Part shown: positions 59,775-64,000 of the stretch, in pieces
Numbering within the stretch: position 1 is the stretch's first letter
How the letters are laid out: each line of letters opens with the position of its first letter
Assembly: GCA_964344705.1 (NCBI GenBank)
Contig: CAYFOG010000002.1
Coordinates: 25,502 to 89,501 of the forward strand
DNA length: 64,000 bases
Source: Candidatus Woesearchaeota archaeon
Lineage (GTDB): Archaea > Nanobdellota > Nanobdellia > UBA10117 > ARS21
Reading direction: 5' to 3'
Position numbers and translations under genes: made by a program
The notes under the pieces: model-generated
Told to the model about the DNA's origin: nothing
Database searches by the model: none
Seen by the model: only the letters and a program-made list of their open reading frames with translations

Positions 59775-60143
59775 TTATTTGACTTTCTTAACCCAATATA
59801 TTTGTGTCACTGCAAGAAGTTCTGCGAATCCCAATAACAATTGAGGTTGGAGAAAATACTCTTGTAAAGGAACCTTGATGAACAGAGGTACGCTTATTAT
59901 TGCATCAAGAAAAATTCCTGTGCCTAAAAATATCAGTCCCACTTTCCATCCAGAAGTTTTGTCTTTCTTTGTGTAATATAATGACGAACCAAACCATACA
60001 ATTAATGCTAATAAAATATAATGGATAGACCACTGTAGTGTTACTAAATCTTTCAAGGTCGGAGTAAAAACCATCACTGACCAGATTACAAAGATTAGCG
60101 CCCATATTAATGTACCAACACCGATTGCTCTAAGTGGTTTCAT
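59775..60143 (-). CDS. Small membrane protein (122 aa, 4 TM helices)
   Basis: Hydrophobic Trp-rich helices. No family assigned. Confidence 0.45.
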   Translation of the reverse strand: MKPLRAIGVGTLIWALIFVIWSVMVFTPTLKDLVTLQWSIHYILLALIVWFGSSLYYTKKDKTSGWKVGLIFLGTGIFLDAIISVPLFIKVPLQEYFLQPQLLLGFAELLAVTQIYWVKKVK

Positions 60144-60222
60144 AGACTTAATTCTATGTTGTATTATTTAATTGTTTCGTGAACGGCAAGCTTTAAAAGA
60201 GACATAAGGAATGATATTTTAT

Positions 60223-60305
60223 GCTGGAGTTCCAGAGCGGTCAAATGGGCTGGACTTAAGATCCAGTGGCTTAGTGCCTTCGCAGGTTCGAATCCTGCCT
60301 CCAGC
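60223..60305 (+). tRNA. tRNA-Leu (anticodon TAA)
   Basis: Acceptor GCTGGAG/CTCCAGC (perfect). Anticodon stem CTGGA/TCCAG with loop CTTAAGA. Long variable arm TGGCTTAGTGCC. T arm GCAGG-TTCGAAT-CCTGC. Discriminator A. Confidence 0.8.
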
Positions 60306-60368
60306 ATTTATTACTTTTTCAGGCTCATTGATTATTGGCTGGATTTCAGTAACATAAATAAAGTCTGA

Positions 60369-60785
60369 TTGATTTGTAATTCTATGAGTTTCATGGTTGT
60401 TACTTTAGTAGTTATAGGAATTCTTACTCTGGCAGTTTCAATGGCGAGCGTTGGAATTATTTCAAAGCAGCCTGACCGCCGTCTTTGGAGATATATGGAT
60501 TCTAAAGGTTTGATTAAATTTGAGAACTATAACATTATGACGACTGTTGAATATGTTCGGTTGAGAGAGGATGCTATGAAAAAGGGTAAAAATTGGAGTA
60601 ATATAGTTGAAGGTGTTGCAGTTATTGGTACAGCCGAATCAGCAAGAAACAAGGTGAAATATTTGAGTAAGAATTCGAGACTTCTTTGGAGAGGTTTGCA
60701 TACTCGAAAATTCGATGGTCGGAGAATCTTGCTTGCTGAAGCTGAGAGTATTATTGCTGAGGAAAGGAACAAAAGGAATAATTAG
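60369..60785 (+). CDS. Hypothetical protein with N-terminal TM anchor (138 aa)
   Basis: N-terminal hydrophobic helix FMVVTLVVIGILTLAVSMASVGII followed by a soluble domain. Confidence 0.4.
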   Translation: MICNSMSFMVVTLVVIGILTLAVSMASVGIISKQPDRRLWRYMDSKGLIKFENYNIMTTVEYVRLREDAMKKGKNWSNIVEGVAVIGTAESARNKVKYLSKNSRLLWRGLHTRKFDGRRILLAEAESIIAEERNKRNN

Positions 60786-60828
60786 GTATTTCGGCACCTT
60801 TTTAAAACAAAATTAAGAGTTTGGAGAT

Positions 60829-60996
60829 ATGGTAAAACAAGAGAATGGATACCATGTATGTGATGTCTGTAAATACAGATACGCAGATAATGAACATGCT
60901 TTGACATGTGAAGATAACTGTAGAGCGGGTACTTTTGACCCTGAATTGGAATCTTACGGAATTCCTCCCGGTGGAGAAGCAGTTGCACAGGAATAG
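60829..60996 (+). CDS. Candidate 55-aa zinc-ribbon mini-protein; not in the ORF track
   Basis: ATG 60829 to TAG 60996 gives MVKQENGYHVCDVCKYRYADNEHALTCEDNCRAGTFDPELESYGIPPGGEAVAQE, with CxxC...CxxxC spacing. Confidence 0.35.
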   Translation: MVKQENGYHVCDVCKYRYADNEHALTCEDNCRAGTFDPELESYGIPPGGEAVAQE

Positions 60997-61019
60997 TTTT
61001 TTAAATTCTCGCACCTAGA

Positions 61020-61376
61020 GTGGTTATGGCTAAACCACAGAAAAAGACACAGTTGCGCATTAGGTATAACTCTTTAATTTTGGTTTTAGTACTCCTTCTG
61101 GGATTTTTTTTGTTTGAGGCAAATTCTTACAACTCAGACGTTACTGGATTTTACGTAATAAATCCTCTTGCAAACCCTACTGAAGTTTTCATATTTGAGA
61201 AGGCTCCAGAGTTTATTAAGCTAGGAAATGCTTGGTACGCCGATCAAAAATACACAGTGGATGAGCATCGCTATTGTATAGCTGATTGTCAAGCTTTTGC
61301 AAATGAGAACAATTATGAAGTTATTCGGTCTCACTCAAGAAAATGGGGAGAATGTCTTTGTGAGGTTGCACTTTAA
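61020..61376 (+). CDS. Membrane-anchored Cys-containing protein (118 aa)
   Basis: N-terminal TM LILVLVLLLGFFLF. C-terminal YCIADCQ...GECLCEV Cys pairs. Confidence 0.4.
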   Translation: MVMAKPQKKTQLRIRYNSLILVLVLLLGFFLFEANSYNSDVTGFYVINPLANPTEVFIFEKAPEFIKLGNAWYADQKYTVDEHRYCIADCQAFANENNYEVIRSHSRKWGECLCEVAL

Positions 61377-61786
61377 TGACTTTAAGAAAACCTAAATCAA
61401 TGAGTGAACTTGTTTATTTTACTCGGCGGAATGATGAGTTTGGCAAAATTCAAGTTTGGGTTTTCAAAGAGAAATGTACTGAATGTGGAAAGGCAGAAAT
61501 GGGTAAGCCATTAAATCCTAAGACGGGTAAAGTTAAATCTCGAGCAAAAGAATATGTTTGTTCTGAATGTGATCATACTGTTGAGAAAGAAGCGTATGAA
61601 GATACTTTGACCGCTAATATTTCTTACACTTGTCCCGACGGACACTCTGGAGAAACTCAAATTCCGTTTAAGCGAAAAAAGATTTCTATTAAAGATCCTA
61701 AGACTGGGAAGACAAAAAGAAAAGATGGTATTTGCTTCCATTGTGGTGAATGTGATTTTGAGATTAAAGTTGTTAAATTAAAGTAG
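61376..61786 (+). CDS. Multi-zinc-ribbon protein (136 aa, four CxxC pairs)
   Basis: CTECGK..., CSECDH..., CPDGH..., CFHCGECDF. Start overlaps the upstream stop. Confidence 0.45.
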   Translation: MTLRKPKSMSELVYFTRRNDEFGKIQVWVFKEKCTECGKAEMGKPLNPKTGKVKSRAKEYVCSECDHTVEKEAYEDTLTANISYTCPDGHSGETQIPFKRKKISIKDPKTGKTKRKDGICFHCGECDFEIKVVKLK

Positions 61787-61805
61787 AAGTTGACGAAAGG
61801 GGAAA

Positions 61806-61915
61806 TGCCCGAGAAGAGATTTGAACTCTTGACCTCTGCATTATTGGCGCAAGTCAATCCGCGAAGATTCTTTGCGATACCAATGCAGCGCTCTACCATA
61901 CTGAGCTACCCAGGC
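61806..61915 (-). tRNA. Intron-containing tRNA, provisionally tRNA-Thr (anticodon GGT) with a ~36-nt intron
   Basis: Minus strand GCCTGGG-TA-GCTC-AGTATGGTA-GAGC-G-CTGCA-TTGGTA[TCGCAAAGAATCTTCGCGGATTGACTTGCGCCAATA]A-TGCAG-AGGTC-AAGAG-TTCAAAT-CTCTT-CTCGGGC-A. The anticodon call depends on the exact intron boundaries. Confidence 0.55.
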
Positions 61916-61941
61916 ATGAGTTCTGGTGTTGTGTTTTGTTT

Positions 61942-62787
61942 TTAAGAATTGTTATTTTTCTTTTTGCTGTCTAACTTTATATTTGCAGTTCCGCCCTTTC
62001 CGACTTGTATTATCTTGCCGTCTTTGCCCATCTTTTCAATAAATTTATTTGCTAGAACATTGTTGAAAAATTCATTGGCTTCCTTCATATCTCGTTCACT
62101 TTCAAGCTCTGCTTGTATATATTCAGGACTTGCTCTTATTTGAGCTTCTATCATTCTGGCTTTATCTTCGTAGACTTTTACGAGTGCTTCAAGAACTCCT
62201 CTTTGACTATCAATCTGTTCAACTTTAAGCTTGTTTTTTCTTACTAATTTTTGTGTCTCTAAATCTGGCCTGTCAATTGTTACAGTAGTATTTAGTTTTA
62301 ATCCGTATGCAGTTAGAGATTTGTTTATTTCAGACTCCATATACTCTGAAAAAATTCCGCTATTCTCTGGACAGATTTCTATCAATTCTTGTAGTCCTTC
62401 GGCAACCTGTCTGTGTACGACTGTTTCTATATTTAATTTCTCCTCTAGACGCGTCTGACTTAAGTCTTGCTTGTTAATCAGTTCAGTCATAAATTCATAT
62501 ATGTGTGTTGGATCTAATTCTACATGTACTTTTGTACCAACTTCAACTAACTTATCATCACTAGTATTATACAATCTTTTTTCCAATTGAAGTTCTGCCA
62601 GCGTTCCACTGCGGAATAATGCAATATTTGAATTTTTGGGAATTGTTTCTCCTTGACGTAAAAGAACATAATCTGACTCGCTCGATAAGGGATCTTGCCG
62701 ATCCAATATTGCCAAGAAATCTTGTTTTACAATTTTTTTCTTTGATGCTCTTCCATATTTTACTAAATCCATCTTATTTACACGCAA
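61942..62787 (-). CDS. Hypothetical protein (281 aa)
   Basis: Clean ORF. C-terminal Lys/Asn-rich tail. No motif recognised. Confidence 0.5.
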   Translation of the reverse strand: MRVNKMDLVKYGRASKKKIVKQDFLAILDRQDPLSSESDYVLLRQGETIPKNSNIALFRSGTLAELQLEKRLYNTSDDKLVEVGTKVHVELDPTHIYEFMTELINKQDLSQTRLEEKLNIETVVHRQVAEGLQELIEICPENSGIFSEYMESEINKSLTAYGLKLNTTVTIDRPDLETQKLVRKNKLKVEQIDSQRGVLEALVKVYEDKARMIEAQIRASPEYIQAELESERDMKEANEFFNNVLANKFIEKMGKDGKIIQVGKGGTANIKLDSKKKNNNS

Positions 62788-64000
62788 CTAAATTATAAAA
62801 AGTCTGTTTTGTGGCATTATTGAAGTTGATATTTGGTAATTTTTGGTTTCCAATCTCTGAATAATTCTTTATGGATGCCATAATGTTTCTTGTAGTTTTG
62901 TAAATTTTTGTTCGTTTTGATCTTCCAACAGTCATTGATTGCTCGACAATTGCTTTACACGTTTGTTGGAGTTCGTCATTAAAGGATTCTTTTGTGTTCA
63001 TTGTCTCAAATAAATTATCTATTTGATTAGCGAGTGGTTTTGAATCTGGAATGTGTTGTAAATATCTCATTAAATCTTGTTCAATCTCTGTTGGAATGTT
63101 TGGGAATTTGTTTGCGAGTCGGAATTGTGACTGAATCATTCCTGTAATCGCAGCAAGTCTGTTTTTTGCCGGCCCATAATCTTTCTTTTGTATACACGCC
63201 AAATAATTAGATAGTGCTCCAATTAAATTTCCGTTTTCTTCGTCACGAATTCCCCAGTCATATAGTTCATTAAACGGTCCGTCAATTAGCTTTGCATTAT
63301 CTTTGCCCAAAGATATTGCTCTTGATATTGCGTAGTCTGTTTGAAACTCTTCACTTGAAATAAGTTCATCGAGTGATCTTGATTTTAATGTTGTTGTTAT
63401 TGTTGGTGAAGCTCTTATTGATGTTAAATCTCCTAAAACAAATTCTCTGTTTGACATTTTATGAATGAAATTGTAAACTTCTAAGGCATCTCCAACTAAG
63501 TTGTCGGGAATTGTGTTTAAATCATTTAGGAATCTGTTTTGATAAGGTTCTAATTGTCCTCTTATTGTTTTTCGTATTCTTTCTTTTTCAGTTAATTCAA
63601 TTTCAGGTACATCTTGAAGTTCGTGTATTAGTTTTGTTGAACCTTTTCCAAATCCCGCTTCAAGATTTTCCAAATATTCTCTGGCTTGCTCAGAATATTC
63701 TCTATCTTCGAATTCTTCTTTGTAGAGTTTTACTGTTTCATGGAAGTGTTTTTCTAGGCTCCACAATCCGTTTGGATCTCCTAGAAGCATTCCGACAATT
63801 TCTTCAGACTTGTTTAACACTCTGTTTCTGAGTCTTGTAACTCTTTGTTCATCTAAGAAATATCCTTTTCGTTCAGCAGACTCAGCTGCCGAAGCAATTA
63901 GGAAATCCAAAGTATCACATATTTTCTGCATTCGCATATTATTATGTTCAGGATAATCTTTGTTCCAATCCCATTCATAGTTGGATGCTCCTTTCTTGAT
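62774..64000 (-). CDS. Hypothetical protein, probably partial (frame stays open to the window end)
   Basis: The ORF track starts at Met 63937. The same frame is uninterrupted from 63938 to 64000, so the true start may lie beyond the window. Overlaps the downstream gene by 14 nt. Confidence 0.45.
   Translation of the reverse strand: MKKGASNYEWDWNKDYPEHNNMRMQKICDTLDFLIASAAESAERKGYFLDEQRVTRLRNRVLNKSEEIVGMLLGDPNGLWSLEKHFHETVKLYKEEFEDREYSEQAREYLENLEAGFGKGSTKLIHELQDVPEIELTEKERIRKTIRGQLEPYQNRFLNDLNTIPDNLVGDALEVYNFIHKMSNREFVLGDLTSIRASPTITTTLKSRSLDELISSEEFQTDYAISRAISLGKDNAKLIDGPFNELYDWGIRDEENGNLIGALSNYLACIQKKDYGPAKNRLAAITGMIQSQFRLANKFPNIPTEIEQDLMRYLQHIPDSKPLANQIDNLFETMNTKESFNDELQQTCKAIVEQSMTVGRSKRTKIYKTTRNIMASIKNYSEIGNQKLPNINFNNATKQTFYNLVACK

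Noticed and set aside
54602-60223. Integrated mobile element between tRNA-Asp and tRNA-Leu
   Set aside because: No integrase or transposase ORF and no direct repeat of the tRNA-Asp 3' end found downstream. Kept only as an accessory gene cluster, not as a mobile element.
61657-61899. 80-aa minus-strand ORF in the ORF track
   Set aside because: It is fully explained by the intron-containing tRNA at 61806-61915 and by the 3' end of the upstream gene. No coding features.

Overview
The window reads as a low-GC archaeal chromosome segment with a strongly thaumarchaeal (Nitrosopumilus-like) flavour; this is an inference from gene content, gene order, frequent 4-nt ATGA start/stop overlaps and TATA-like promoters, not from a database search. 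Most of it is core information-processing genes. These include AsnRS with tRNA-Asn; ribosomal proteins S12, S7, S6e, S8e, S17e, L37e, L35Ae and L30e; an Sm protein; TFB; aIF5B; NusA; and the RNA-polymerase operon rpoH, rpoB'', rpoB', rpoA', rpoA'' with split B and split A subunits. Metabolic and housekeeping genes include IMPDH, dCTP deaminase, NDK, GlmS, a YchF/OLA1-family GTPase (Obg-like ATPase), Trm1, Alba and a cold-shock protein. There are seven tRNA genes, two or three of them with introns. The accessory or unexplained content is as follows. (1) A co-directional four-gene block with two paralogous nucleotidyltransferase-domain proteins, a His-rich xylose-isomerase/EndoIV-like TIM-barrel protein carrying a very large insertion, and ORFans (37.7-45.1 kb). 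(2) A tRNA-Asp-proximal cluster of winged-helix proteins, an EEP-family nuclease, an acidic protein and an Upf1-like SF1 helicase (54.9-59.5 kb), followed by an unannotated histone-fold mini-ORF. (3) A probable ESCRT-III (CdvB-like) plus Vps4/CdvC-like AAA ATPase pair. (4) A degraded SAM-methyltransferase pseudogene between two tRNAs. (5) A GC-rich structured segment with an 11-nt direct repeat at the 3' end of a tRNA-Arg. (6) A P/Q-rich low-complexity protein. (7) Several small Cys-rich zinc-ribbon-like ORFs. No CRISPR array, rRNA, integrase or transposase was recognised. All functional calls are from motif recognition by eye and should be confirmed by HMM or BLAST searches.
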